NCBI GenBank assembly: GCA_963700665.1 | Contig: CAVOYK010000004.1 | Coordinates: forward strand, 58,793-122,792 | Reading direction: 5' to 3' | DNA from: an uncultured Actinomycetes bacterium | GTDB lineage: Bacteria; Actinomycetota; Coriobacteriia; Anaerosomatales; PHET01 | Length of the DNA stretch: 64,000 bases | Shown here: piece by piece, positions 52,643 through 62,808 of the stretch | How the letters are laid out: every line of letters begins with the position of its first letter | Position numbering within the stretch: the first letter of the stretch is position 1 | Notes under the pieces: model-generated | What the model saw: only the letters and a program-made list of their open reading frames with translations | Told to the model about the DNA's origin: nothing | The model's database searches: none | Program-made: the position numbers and the translations under genes

Positions 52643-54112
52643 TCACCCCTTCTGGGCCGTGCGTGCCTCGGCGATCAGCGAAAGGCGCCGCTCTGAGAGC
52701 CCCTGCTCAAGTCCCACCTTGTACGTATGCGGGTTGAGGAAGCGCCGATGCGACGGGTCGAGTTCGGCGAGTTGCGACAGGGCGCGCGCCCTGATCTTGT
52801 CCAGCTCGGGCACAGAGTAGACGCGTCTGCCAGAGCGGACAACCGGTACGAGCAGCTCCTCGGACGGACAATCGGGGCCATACTCCGTCGACCTGAGCGG
52901 ATCCTCCGGATGGACCATGACCGCATGCGTACCGGGGTCGTGGATGGTGTCGTAGATCATGTCACCCGCCCAGCGGCCGTCGTCTCCGCGGTACCGACGC
53001 ACGCCCAAGACACCGGGCGTCGTCACCTTGGCGGTCTGCTCGGAGACCTTGACGCGGGGCTCCCAGAGTTCGCCGGGGCGCCGGATCGCAGAGAGCTTGT
53101 AGACCCCGCCCAGCGCCGGCTGGTCCCACGCGGTGGCGAGCTTCGTGCCCACTCCCCACACGTCTATCGCCGCACCCTGTTCCTTGAGCGATAGGATCAG
53201 GTGCTCGTCCAGCTCGTTGCTCGCCACGACCTTCGCGTCGGAGAACCCCCCCTCGTCGAGCACCTCGCGCGCGCGCTTCGAGAGCCAGGCAAGGTCACCC
53301 GAGTCGATTCGCACACCTATCAGCTCGTGCCCGCTCTCCCGCAGCTCGCGGCCCACCTCGACGGCGTGACGCACGCCTTCGACTGTGTCGTAGGTGTCGA
53401 CCAGGAACGTTGCGTTGTTCGGCATCGCGGCGGCATACGCCCGAAACGCCTCGAGCTCGGTGTCGAACGCCATCACCCAGGAGTGTGCGTGCGTGCCCGC
53501 TATCGGTACCCCGTAGCGCCTGCCCGCCAGAACGTTCGAGGTGGCCGAGCATCCACCGACGTACGCCGCACGGCTGGCCGACAGCCCGCCGTCGGGGCCC
53601 TGCGCACGCCGCAGGCCGAACTCGATGACCGGCGCTCCGTCGGCAGCGGTAAGACATCTCGACGCCTTGGTCGCCACGAGCGTCTGGAAGTTGATGATGT
53701 TGAGCAGTGCGGTCTCGACGATCTGACACACCGGTAGCGGACCAGCCACCCTGAGCAAGGGTTCGCGCGGGAAGACCACCGTGCCCTCCTCGACCGCGTC
53801 GACGTCGCAACAGAACCGCATCTCAGACAGCCACTCGAGGAACTCCGCCGAGAAGAGAGCACGTTCATCCGAGCCGGTCTGCTCGGCAAGGAAGGCGATA
53901 TCTTCATCGGCGAAGTCCAGCTCCTCCAGGTACTCGAGCGCTTGCTCCAGACCACAGGCGACGGCGTATCCGCCGCCGAACGGGTTCGACCTGAAGTACA
54001 GATGGAAACAACCCTCGGTCGTGTGGATGCCCGCATTCAAGTACGCCTGCGCCATGGTGAGCTGGTACAGGTCTGTGAGCATCGCGGGCGGCGTTGTACG
54101 GATCGCGGTCAT
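52643..54112 (-). CDS. pncB: nicotinate phosphoribosyltransferase
   Basis: Intact 489-aa ORF: TDLYQLTMAQAY, EFGLRRAQG, GTHAHSWVMAF, RIDSGDL. Confidence 0.9.
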   Translation of the reverse strand: MTAIRTTPPAMLTDLYQLTMAQAYLNAGIHTTEGCFHLYFRSNPFGGGYAVACGLEQALEYLEELDFADEDIAFLAEQTGSDERALFSAEFLEWLSEMRFCCDVDAVEEGTVVFPREPLLRVAGPLPVCQIVETALLNIINFQTLVATKASRCLTAADGAPVIEFGLRRAQGPDGGLSASRAAYVGGCSATSNVLAGRRYGVPIAGTHAHSWVMAFDTELEAFRAYAAAMPNNATFLVDTYDTVEGVRHAVEVGRELRESGHELIGVRIDSGDLAWLSKRAREVLDEGGFSDAKVVASNELDEHLILSLKEQGAAIDVWGVGTKLATAWDQPALGGVYKLSAIRRPGELWEPRVKVSEQTAKVTTPGVLGVRRYRGDDGRWAGDMIYDTIHDPGTHAVMVHPEDPLRSTEYGPDCPSEELLVPVVRSGRRVYSVPELDKIRARALSQLAELDPSHRRFLNPHTYKVGLEQGLSERRLSLIAEARTAQKG

Positions 54113-54294
54113 TCACACCCCTCCCCTGCGTTGTTCCCACCGTAGCACTCGCACAGACCCTCGTGAGGGGCGCGTGTGTGCAACAAATGTTGTGTGGATT
54201 CCGGCGAATGGCGGGAACGCAGGGGCGCCCAAGGGTATAGTTCAGGCTGCGTCGATGCGGGGACTCGGCGCGTGTCGGGAGTACGGAGGAAGCG

Positions 54295-54480
54295 ATGACC
54301 ACGTCGGTCGAACCGGTATCGCCCGAGCCAGTTGAGGGGCCCATTCAAGCAGCCGCTCAGGCACGGAGCGCCATCTCAGATCAAAGCGATGGCCAGCCCG
54401 ACGTCTACGCCGAGAGCGAACTCCAACTCAGGCAGGAGCGGACCGAGCGCATGATCCGCCGAGCCCAAGAGCAGGTCTAG
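54295..54480 (+). CDS. small hypothetical protein (61 aa)
   Basis: SD GGAGGAAG before the ATG. Ends 9 nt before the next gene. No homology recognised. Confidence 0.35.
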   Translation: MTTSVEPVSPEPVEGPIQAAAQARSAISDQSDGQPDVYAESELQLRQERTERMIRRAQEQV

Positions 54481-54488
54481 CGCCGCGT

Positions 54489-55325
54489 ATGTGCCAGTTC
54501 TGCGTGGAGCACGGTGAGGGCGAGCGCTGGTATCTGCAGGCGAAGAACTACGCGTTCGATCTGCAAAGCGACGTCAGGCGAAGCGCGTACATCGTCGACT
54601 TCATCTCCGGATTCTCCGACATGCGTGAAAACGCCATCACGTGGATGGAGCGCTTCGACCGCATCCCCGCACCGCTCTCGAGCATGGGCAAGTCGCTCAT
54701 CTCCAAGCGGCAACAAGCAAGCCACTTCGGCCAGCCGGTGCCGATCGAGGAGTGCGAGCGCATCTTTGACCTCGCCACCTCGATCACCGCCATCCCCTGC
54801 ATCTGCAGGATGCATGAGCCGGGACAGAAGGCAGACGAAGTCTGCGTCCTGGTCACCACGCAGCCGGTCGAGCCGCTGTTGCTCAAGGGGTTCGAGGGCT
54901 ACGACGACGGACCTGACCTCGACGACTTCAACACTCTTGCGAAAGAGCAGGCGATGGATCTGCTGCGCGAATGCGAACGCAACGGTCTCATGCACTCTGT
55001 GTGGACGTTCAAGACGCCTTTCACGGCTGCGATCTGCAACTGCAACCTGGAGAGCGGCTGCATGGCCATGAAGCTCACCGCTGGCTACGGTCTCAAGATC
55101 ATGTGGCGCGGTGAGTGGGTGGCACGACTCGACGCCGAACGCTGCACGCGGTGCGCACGCTGTGCGCGAACGTGCCCGTTCGGCGCCATAGAGGCCTCGC
55201 GGGCCGCGGTAGCGGTGCGAACACAACAGTGCTGGGGGTGCGGGGTCTGCCGCGCCGCCTGCCCGGAGAACGCGATCACCTTGCTCGACCGTCGAGAGGT
55301 CCCAGAGGTCGCGGCCGTCTGGTAG
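54489..55325 (+). CDS. 4Fe-4S dicluster ferredoxin-domain protein
   Basis: Intact 278-aa ORF. N-terminal MCQFCVEHGEGERWY. C-terminal CTRCARCARTCP and CWGCGVCRAACP. Confidence 0.65.
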   Translation: MCQFCVEHGEGERWYLQAKNYAFDLQSDVRRSAYIVDFISGFSDMRENAITWMERFDRIPAPLSSMGKSLISKRQQASHFGQPVPIEECERIFDLATSITAIPCICRMHEPGQKADEVCVLVTTQPVEPLLLKGFEGYDDGPDLDDFNTLAKEQAMDLLRECERNGLMHSVWTFKTPFTAAICNCNLESGCMAMKLTAGYGLKIMWRGEWVARLDAERCTRCARCARTCPFGAIEASRAAVAVRTQQCWGCGVCRAACPENAITLLDRREVPEVAAVW

Positions 55326-55332
55326 GCGGCTC

Positions 55333-55884
55333 TCACTCCCGGTAGCGCGGTCTGCCCTCACGAAGCCAGCGAGTCGCCTCGGCCATCGAGCGAGGAGAGC
55401 GCGTGTAGTGATTCACGAGCCGCTTGCCGACTATGATCGCGGTTCCGCGCGCGATCTCTGATTCCTTGCCGCAGTAGGCCTTCTGCAGAGCGATGAGTCT
55501 TGCGAGTCCGTCGTCCTCTTGAGCGGTCCATACCTTGCGAACCCCCATTTGGACGAGCTCGCCGTGCGCGACAACGACGTCGTACTCCCACTCCCATCCG
55601 AGATCGCTGTGGTCCAACTGCTCCGCGAAGTCGCTCTCGAACAAGTCGGTGCCTTCATCCGCCCTCACCGCAGCGACCGCCTCCAGCAGTACCGCTGTGG
55701 CAACGACCTCTGCAACCGAGTCGGATTGGGCCCTGCGCAGCCACGCCCGGCGAGAGGCGCAGTCCACCTCGGCCAGTAGGCAGAGCGTCGAGATGCGCAC
55801 GCGGGCAACGGGGTGGGTCAGAGTGCGGTCGAACCAGTCCAGCGTGTTCGTGTCGGTCTCGTAGTAGGCCACGCCGCATCCCAT
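55333..55884 (-). CDS. hypothetical protein
   Basis: Intact 183-aa ORF. No family recognised. Confidence 0.35.
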   Translation of the reverse strand: MGCGVAYYETDTNTLDWFDRTLTHPVARVRISTLCLLAEVDCASRRAWLRRAQSDSVAEVVATAVLLEAVAAVRADEGTDLFESDFAEQLDHSDLGWEWEYDVVVAHGELVQMGVRKVWTAQEDDGLARLIALQKAYCGKESEIARGTAIIVGKRLVNHYTRSPRSMAEATRWLREGRPRYRE

Positions 55885-56058
55885 CGGATCCGCAGACTAG
55901 GAACCCGATCTGGCGGGCGCGTCTTGGATGGGCCGCACCCGCCTGCGAATCTGACGGTAGCGCTTGGGTCTGACACCGAACGGGTGGCCGTTCTCCGGCT
56001 ATGCGACGTAGCTAGATGTACACCTCGCGAGGCCTGCGCCAAGGTCCGGGATCGACCG

Positions 56059-57123
56059 CTACTCGGTGGTCCGCCCGGTCGTCGCCCAGCTCACGTGGCA
56101 TCGCACGCAGTAGCCGGGCGCGTGGCACTCGAGGCAGTACTCGGCACCTTCGGTCTCGACCTCGACGTAGTGTTGCTTGACCCACGAGCCGATCATCGGG
56201 TCGTAGGCCTTGTGGTGACACATGCTGCATAGATCGGGCTTCTCGGTGTGGCACTGTGAGCACACGGCGCGATTCGATCTCCGCGAACGGCGGCGTGGCC
56301 CTCTTGGCCCTGCGACCAGTCCTCGGGATGAGGCATCTCGAGCCCGTGGCAGTCGTCGCAGAAGCTCTGCTGGTGGCACATGGTGCACTGCTTGGGGTCG
56401 CTCTTGCGCAGTTGACGCGTGCGTCCGGGGCATCCACGCCTTGTCCGTGTGCGACTCGGGGGTCAGCTCGTAGCCGGTCGGGTGACACAGGCTGCACGCC
56501 GCGGAGGCGTCGGGCTGCTCGGCGGTGCCGTGACACGTGAAGCACTGGCTCATCAGGGTCAGGGGCGTGCCGCGATCCTCGAGCGGGTGGGCGGTGCGGA
56601 CGTGACACGACACACACGACCCGTTGCGTTTCGCGTGCTCGACGTGGTTGATCTTGATGCGGAAGCCTGAGGTCGCCTTGCGGTTGGCGATCGTGACACT
56701 GGAGGCACACCGCGTCAGCCATCGGGGCGACGCCCGGGACCGGGCCGTCGACCGGATCGACGTAGTCACCGGAGGTGTGGGCGCGAACGTCGCGCGCGAG
56801 CAGCTTGCCCCTGTCCACCAGCCGCGCCGGATACGCATACCAAGGCCGTGGCGCTTGGTGGCATTGCACGCACTTGACGCCGGTGTGAGCCGACTGCTGC
56901 CAGCTCGCGGTCCTCGGCTTCATCTCGTGGCACGAGCCGCACAGACGGGGCGACGACGGTGACCGCATCGAACGCGATCACCAGCAGGACGAGACCCAGC
57001 GCTACGAAGGCGACTATGCGAAGCGTCGAATCGCGGCCGGTTCGGCGTGGGGCGATCGTCTGTCACCGGAGGAGTCGCCGAGCGTTCGCCGGCGTTCTGT
57101 GTGTCGGTCTGCTCTGGGTCCAT
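56059..57123 (-). CDS. NapC/NirT-like membrane-anchored multihaem cytochrome c, ~12 haems (many frameshifts)
   Basis: Fragments 56920..57123, 56766..56981, 56012..56968, 56059..56838 and 56193..56381. Classic NapC start: CGSCHEMKPRTASWQQSAHTGVKCVQCH. Further motifs: CLQCH, CVSCH, CFTCH, CSLCH, MCH, CDDCH, CSQCH, CSMCH, CLECH, CVRCH. Confidence 0.75.
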
Positions 57124-57138
57124 AGACCGTATTCTCGC

Positions 57139-57974
57139 CTACTCGACCGGCTTGAGCGACGGATCGAAGTTCTCTTGCGGCACCTCACCGTGACAGCGGA
57201 CGCAGAAGGCGCCGTCGTGGCACGCCTCGCAGTTGCGCCGCTGCTTGACCTGCTCACCGTGGACCGCGCGCCAGTCGTCCCCGTGTGACTGCGGACGCAG
57301 CGCGTGGCAGTCCGCGCACCAGTCCTCGGTCCACTTGTGACAGCTGTCGCATTCGGGGCTGGCGGCATCTTTCGGGTGGACGATCAGCCAGTCCTCGCGC
57401 CTGATGGCTATCGGGGGCGGCCTTCTGGGTGTGACATGCCGTGCACGTGTCCTTCGCGGTGTCGCCATCGTGGCACCGGAGGCAACCAGCCATCGTCGGC
57501 AGATGCTTGCCCGAGGGATTCAACTCGTGCACGAGGTAGTCATGGCATTCGACGCACTCCATCTTGAGAATGGTGACGTGCGCGCGATGCGGGATCTGCA
57601 GGTCGCCCTTGGGCGAGACGCTGCGCAGGTCGTTGTGGCACTCGAGGCACGCCTCGTTGGTCGGCGTCGCGAAGACACTCGGGCTCTCGGAGCGCAGCAC
57701 GAGCGACAGGTAGAACTCGCCCACCATCCGCGCTCGATACGCGCCTGAGGAAGCGGCCGGGGCGAGACGTGGCATCCTTCGCAGCCGACCTCGGCGTGCG
57801 CTGAGGTCGACCACGGCTCGTACTGGGCGGCAAGTGCGGGCATCCGCCCGAAGAACCCCGGCTGCATCGTGAGGAGCGATGGGGACGCCCACGAGCAGCA
57901 GCACGACGCGCCACAACGGCGATGACGCGCGCAAGACGCCGGCGCCTGGCGGAAGCGGCCGTGTCGCCCGCCAT
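57139..57974 (-). CDS. membrane-anchored multihaem cytochrome c, 9 CxxCH (frameshifted)
   Basis: Fragments of ORFs 57540..58013 (MAGDTAAS), 57520..58620 (CEGCH), 57254..57934 (CLECH, CVECH, CLRCH, CTACH) and 57139..57468 (CDSCH, CADCH, CEACH, CVRCH). The ATG overlaps the upstream TGA by 1 nt. Confidence 0.7.
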
Positions 57975-58750
57975 CAGTGACACTCCTCGCAGAACTTCTC
58001 TCCACCGTGGCACACGAGACAGCCGTCGCCGCGCTCGTTGGCAAGTGGCCCGTGATCCGCCTTCCAGTTGCCCACGTGCGATGCCGGGCGCTTCTCATGG
58101 CAGTCGGCGCAGTAGTCCGGCGTCCAGTCGTGGCACTCGCCGCAGTCCTGCGTCTCGGCCATCGCCCCGTGGACCTCCAGCCAGTCGCTCTTGGTGTGAG
58201 ACTCAGGCGTCTGCTTGCCCGTGTGGCAATCGAAGCATTCGTTGCTGGCCTTGTCGCCGTCGTGGCACTGCTCGAGACAGGACTCCATCTCGGGCCGGTT
58301 GAAGCCACGGCTGTTGAGCGAGTGCACGAGGTCCTTGTGGCAGGTCCTGCACTCCATCTCGCAGCACCTCGACATGGGCCTTGTGCGGTATGAGCAGATC
58401 CCCGCTTGGCCCGACGCGCCGATAGCTCGTGTGGCACTTCTGGCATGCGGCCCGACTCGGAGCCTGCAGCAGGTTCGTGTCGTCGGGCCCGCTGAGCAGT
58501 TGGGAGTAGAAGGCCGGCACCGACTTGGCGGCGAACGACACGAATCCACCCACCCCTGGCTCGACGTGGCATTCGATGCAGCGAGATGCGCGAGTGGGTC
58601 GAGGTCGCCCAATGATCCATTCGCTGGCCCGAGCGCTGGATAGCGCCGGTAGTAGTCGGGCTGCAGCACCGAGACGACCGGAAGCAGCAGCACCACGAGC
58701 ACGATGACGGCCAGCCCGAGCGCTATCCACTTGAGGAGCCTCGGAGACAC
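57974..58750 (-). CDS. membrane-anchored multihaem cytochrome c, ~9 haems (frameshifted); paralogue of 57139..57974
   Basis: ORF 57974..58750 (TM WIALGLAVIVLVVLLLPVV; CRTCH, CLEQCH, CFDCH, CGECH, CADCH, CLVCH, CEECH*) plus the middle part from ORF 58203..59237 (CIECH, CQKCH). Confidence 0.7.
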   Translation of the reverse strand: MSPRLLKWIALGLAVIVLVVLLLPVVSVLQPDYYRRYPALGPANGSLGDLDPLAHLAASNATSSQGWVDSCRSPPSRCRPSTPNCSAGPTTRTCCRLRVGPHARSATRAIGASGQAGICSYRTRPMSRCCEMECRTCHKDLVHSLNSRGFNRPEMESCLEQCHDGDKASNECFDCHTGKQTPESHTKSDWLEVHGAMAETQDCGECHDWTPDYCADCHEKRPASHVGNWKADHGPLANERGDGCLVCHGGEKFCEECH

Positions 58751-59771
58751 CTACTCCATCTCCTTGAACTGATCGTGGCACTCCTCGCACCACGGCTCCT
58801 CGTGACACGCCAGACAGCGGGGATCGTCGACCTTCGTCGCCTGCTTGCTGTGTCGGCCGATCCAGGTGTCGGTCGAGCCGTGGAACGCAGGACGCTGCAG
58901 GTGACACTCGTCGCATTCGCCCTCCGACTGGTGGCACTTCAGGCACTGCGAGACGTCCTTGAGCGCCTCGGTGCCGTGATATCGGCTGGTCCACTCCGGC
59001 TTGACGTGGAGCTCCTCGATGCTCTTGCGCTGACCTCGATTCGGCAGCCCCGTGAACTCGGGCGTCTCGCCGGTCGTGTGACACTGCTGACACTGCGCGA
59101 CGGTGTGGCACGACTCGGGGCACGCCGCCTTGCCGGTGTCGCTTGACCACCTGCGGGTGCTCCGTCTTCCACTCCTCGCCGGACTCGTGCAGGACGTGAT
59201 GGCAGTTGAAGCACTGTTCGGTCTGTCTTGGTCCCAACGTGGCAGCCGTAGGAGACGCACACGCCCGAGAAGGGCATCTCCTTGTGCTTGGTCATGTAGG
59301 TCTCGAAGTGCGCGGTCCACTTGTGGCAGTCCACGCAGTCGCGCGACTCGCTGGCGACGCGCGTGTGCGCCGGGTGCGGGATGCGCTCGGTTCTCTCGGC
59401 GATGTAGGCCCAGTCTCTTCGTGGCAGGCCAGGCACGCCTCACGGCGTGGGCGGCCCGAACTTGAAGTACGCCGGAAGCGGCTCGCTCGGTGACAAGACT
59501 GCGATAGAAGTCGCCGACCAGAGCGACACCGTTTTGCGAGCGGCTCGGTCTCATGACACGAGCGACACCCGATTCCCTCGTGCGCCGAGTTCTCCAGGTT
59601 GACATAGCGCCGATTCAGCAGGTGATAGCGCGAGAAGAAGTTCGACGTCGAGGTCGCCACGAGCGGCAGCACGACGGTGGCGGCGATCACCAGGACGAGC
59701 CCGAACGCGACCAGTGCTGCAATGAGAGGCCAGCGCCTGCGGGCACCCGGCTTGTCCTCTTGTGCGCTCAC
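58751..59771 (-). CDS. membrane-anchored multihaem cytochrome c, ~11 haems (frameshifted)
   Basis: ORF 59292..59771 (TM LIAALVAFGLVLVIAATVVLPLV; CRSCH, CLACH), 58939..59436 (CVDCH, CVSYGCH), 58203..59237 (CFNCH) and 58751..59605 (CPESCH, CQQCH, CLKCH, CDECH, CLACH, CEECH). Confidence 0.7.
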
Positions 59772-59778
59772 AGACCGA

Positions 59779-61047
59779 TCACCGCGCCTCTAGGGCCGGC
59801 TCGGCGGGGCCTTCGGGGAGAGCTGATTCGTGAGCGCTCCCATGCGCATCCTCGGGCACCACGAGCGGCAGGACCTTGGCCGCGACTGTCACGATCAGCA
59901 CCCCGATCGCCAGGATCATCAGCGCGATCAGCACCTCGGTCAGACTCGGCACGTACGGTGGGGCGTACTGGCCGAGCGGGTTGTAGACGATTCCCATCGA
60001 CATGAGCGAGTAGCGCTTCAGGAAGACGGCCACGACATACATCGCCGCTCCCGTGATCTGCACGGCAGGCAGGTGGCGGGTCTTGCGCCGGGAAAGCAAC
60101 AGCGAACGCGCTCACGCCCAGGATCAGCACCGGCAGAGAACATGAATGCGTAGCCGCCCGGTGAAGAACTCGGCGAACCGCATCGTGTGACCCGGCTTGG
60201 CCGACGTCGGCCAGAAGACGGTCAGGATCTCTACCAGGAGCAGGAACAGGTCGATGATGATGACCGTCGCAAGCAGGGTGGTAAGACTCCTGAACATGCT
60301 CGACGTGAACTTCAAGATGCCGATAGTGCTGGAACGATGTAGGCGACGAGCATGCAGTACCGCGATCCCCGAAGCTGTCGCCGAGGTCAGGAAGATCGGC
60401 ACCATCATCGCCGTGTTCCACAGCTCGCGGGACTTGTTCATCGACAGCACGAACGCCGTCGTCGTGTGCAGGTAGATGGCGAGCGGCAGCGCGATCAGCG
60501 TCATCCGGAACGCCAGCTTCTCTCCGCCCTTGCCCGTGATCAGGATCCACAGATCGACGAAGCAGATGATCATGTAGAGGTTGGCCGCGCTACCTGTGTA
60601 GATGAACGGCGACGTCGGGTTGGGCGTCAGCAGCATCCATACCGCCCGCCACGGCCGCTCCATGTCGGTGACGATGCCGAGCAGCGCCATCATCACGAAC
60701 ACGCCCGCAAGCAGCACCGCCAGTCGCGACAGCGGAGCGTACTGATGGGCGCCGAAGAGGTGGACGCTCGCGTAGACGACGAGCCCGCCGGCCGCCAGGC
60801 CGACGTAGTACATGTAGTTCACGAACCACAGACCCCACGGGTAGGCGTCACGCATCGCCATGACTGAACCGCCATTGGACAGCGCCGCGGCCCACGCCAT
60901 GACGCCCATGAACAGCACGGTCAGCAGCAGCGAGACGAACGCCCAGTAGCGCGGGCCCGCCGTTCGGAGCTTGCCGACGGTGAAGTCGATGCCGATGAAA
61001 CGCTTCACGCCGGGTTCGGGTGTAGTGACGATAGCCATGTCGATCAC
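59779..61047 (-). CDS. NrfD/PsrC-family polytopic membrane subunit (quinone-interacting) (one frameshift ~60110)
   Basis: ORFs 60124..61047 and 59779..60099. About 8-10 TM helices. Strings: YWAFVSLLLTVLFMGVMAW, PWGLWFVNYMYYVGLAAG. The start overlaps the NrfC-like stop (ATGA). Confidence 0.8.
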
Positions 61048-61990
61048 CCCACATACCAGATCATGGGGTCATTACCGAGCTCTTCTTTCAGGCGCCAGAC
61101 GCGGCGCGTCTTCAGCAAGATGGAGACCTCGCTCTCTGGATCGTTCAGATCGCCGAACTTGCGCGCGCCGACCGGGCAGGCCTCCGTGCAGGCCGTGGTC
61201 TGGCCGTTGCGCGTGCGCTGGACGCAGAACGTGCACTTCTCGACGACGCCCGCCTTCTCGTGAAGCGGCACCTCGCGGGTTCACTTCGTCCTCGGGAACC
61301 TCCGGCTCGACCCAGTTGAAGTGACGCGCGTCATACGGGCAGGTGATCATGCAGTTGCGACAGGCGATGCACTTGTCGTAGTCGATCACGACGATGCCGT
61401 CGGGCTCCTTCCACGTGGCCTTGACGGGGCACCCGTACACGCAGGTGGGCTTCGCGCAGTGCATGCACTGGACCGGCAGGTACCACTTGTCCTGCCTGCC
61501 GGCCTCCTCGTAGTCGAGGTTCGCGTGCTCGATGTCGACCTTGCCGTTCTCCATCTCGAGCACCTGGATGTAGGTGAAGCCGGACTCGCGGCCGATGTTG
61601 TTCTCCTTGACGCAGGCGTAGACGCACCGGCGACAGCCGATGCACGCCTTGACGTCGATGACCATCGCCCCACTTCTGGTCGCCGGCGCGGGTCAGCGTA
61701 GCTAGACCGGCTTGCCGGGGTAGTTGACCGGCTGGTCCTCCTCGGCGGCCCACTCGATGCCGCCCTCGGCGGATGACTCCTCCGCCTCGGATGCTCCCGG
61801 CGGCGCCAGGAAGCGCGGTCATGACCGCAGGCACGACACCTGCGGCCACCAGGCCGGCGGCGGCACCGATTCCTTCAAGGAAGCGGCGGCGGGACAGCGT
61901 CATGCCCTCTGGCGCAGTCGCGCCCTCGGGTGCCTTGAGCTCGTCGCGCACGTCGAGCGACGCGCGTGTGGATTCGGTCTTGTCGCTCAT
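61044..61990 (-). CDS. NrfC/PsrB/HybA-type periplasmic 4Fe-4S cluster protein with Tat signal (frameshifted; two stops in the linker as assembled)
   Basis: Tat signal MTLSRRRFLEGIGAAAGLVAAG in ORF 61331..62605. ORF 61072..61665 gives MVIDVKACIGCRRCVYACVKEN, CMHCAKPTCVYGCP, CIACRNCMITCP. ORF 61044..61271 gives CTFCVQRTRNGQTTACTEACP. One extra G before the ATG restores DQKWGMVIDVKAC, a typical junction for this family. Confidence 0.75.
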
Positions 61991-62747
61991 GACTTGCGCC
62001 TTCCCAGAGTAAGGAAACCGATGATGACCAGCACGATGAAGAAGCCGATAGCCGAGATCACGATCAGCGAGGTCGGCGTGTAGACGGGTGGCGGAGCGGG
62101 TGGCGAGGCCATCGGCTTGAACGGCTCGCGCGGCCATACGGCGCGAACCTCGATGCCGGTGCCCTGGAAGGGCGGAAGCGCCTCGACGTAGATCCACGAC
62201 GGCGTGTGCGGGTCGTGGCAGCCGGCCGCCGAGCACTTCGGCGAGTCGCTTGCCGTGGATCCCGAGCTCCCAGTCGCGGTACTTCTCGAAGTGGCACCGC
62301 TGACATACGCGAGAGACCTCTCCGGTGATGTCGACCAGGGTGCCGTCGGGCAGCAGGAGCTTGCCGGGGTTTCGCGACGGGTCGTCGTGACAGGCCAGGC
62401 ACGCCTTGTCGCCCTGCCCGAGTATGTCGTGCACTTCGAGTTCGATCTCGTGCTTCTCGAAGTCGTTGGGAAGGGGCTTGGTCGGCTCGCCGTTGGCGTC
62501 GAGCGTCACCGGATGGCAGTCCGTGCAGGGGTAGAACGCCGCCTCCCCGGTCGCCGAAAGTCCGGCATGCGCGTGCGCGGGCCAGAACAGAAGGGCACAA
62601 CCCAAAACGATGAATGAGATGGCGAACGCCGCGCGCGACAGTGAACGGGACGGCTGCCGGTAGCCGGACGTACTGGAACAAAGGCGTCGCTTCGATGGCG
62701 CTCACACCACCTTGTGGTCGGAGGGTCGCTGCAATCGTAGTAGACAC
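61987..62747 (-). CDS. small periplasmic tetrahaem cytochrome c with C-terminal TM anchor (frameshifted)
   Basis: Signal-like AFAISFIVLGCALLFWPAHAHA. Motifs: CTDCH, CLACH, CQRCH, then in a third frame KCSAAGCHDPHTPSW. C-terminal TM LIVISAIGFFIVLVIIGFL, then GRRKS*. The TGA overlaps the next ATG. Start uncertain. Confidence 0.65.
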
Positions 62748-62791
62748 TATCAGGCGTCCTCAGCACGCCTATTCGCCTAGTATTACCGAAA

Positions 62792-62808
62792 TGTTAGGGT
62801 TGTGTTAG
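62792..62808. promoter_or_regulatory. direct repeat TGTTAG-N5-TGTTAG (11-bp phasing), candidate response-regulator box
   Basis: Lies in the lower-GC divergent intergenic region between the cytochrome/NrfCD operon and the OmpR-type regulator gene. Confidence 0.3.

Noticed and set aside
61666-61990. Separate ~95-aa Tat-signal-only protein upstream of the NrfC-like gene
   Set aside because: A single extra G before ATG 61665 recreates the family-typical junction DQKWGMVIDVKAC. Given the indel load of this block, a single damaged gene is more parsimonious. It is kept as a finding to verify.
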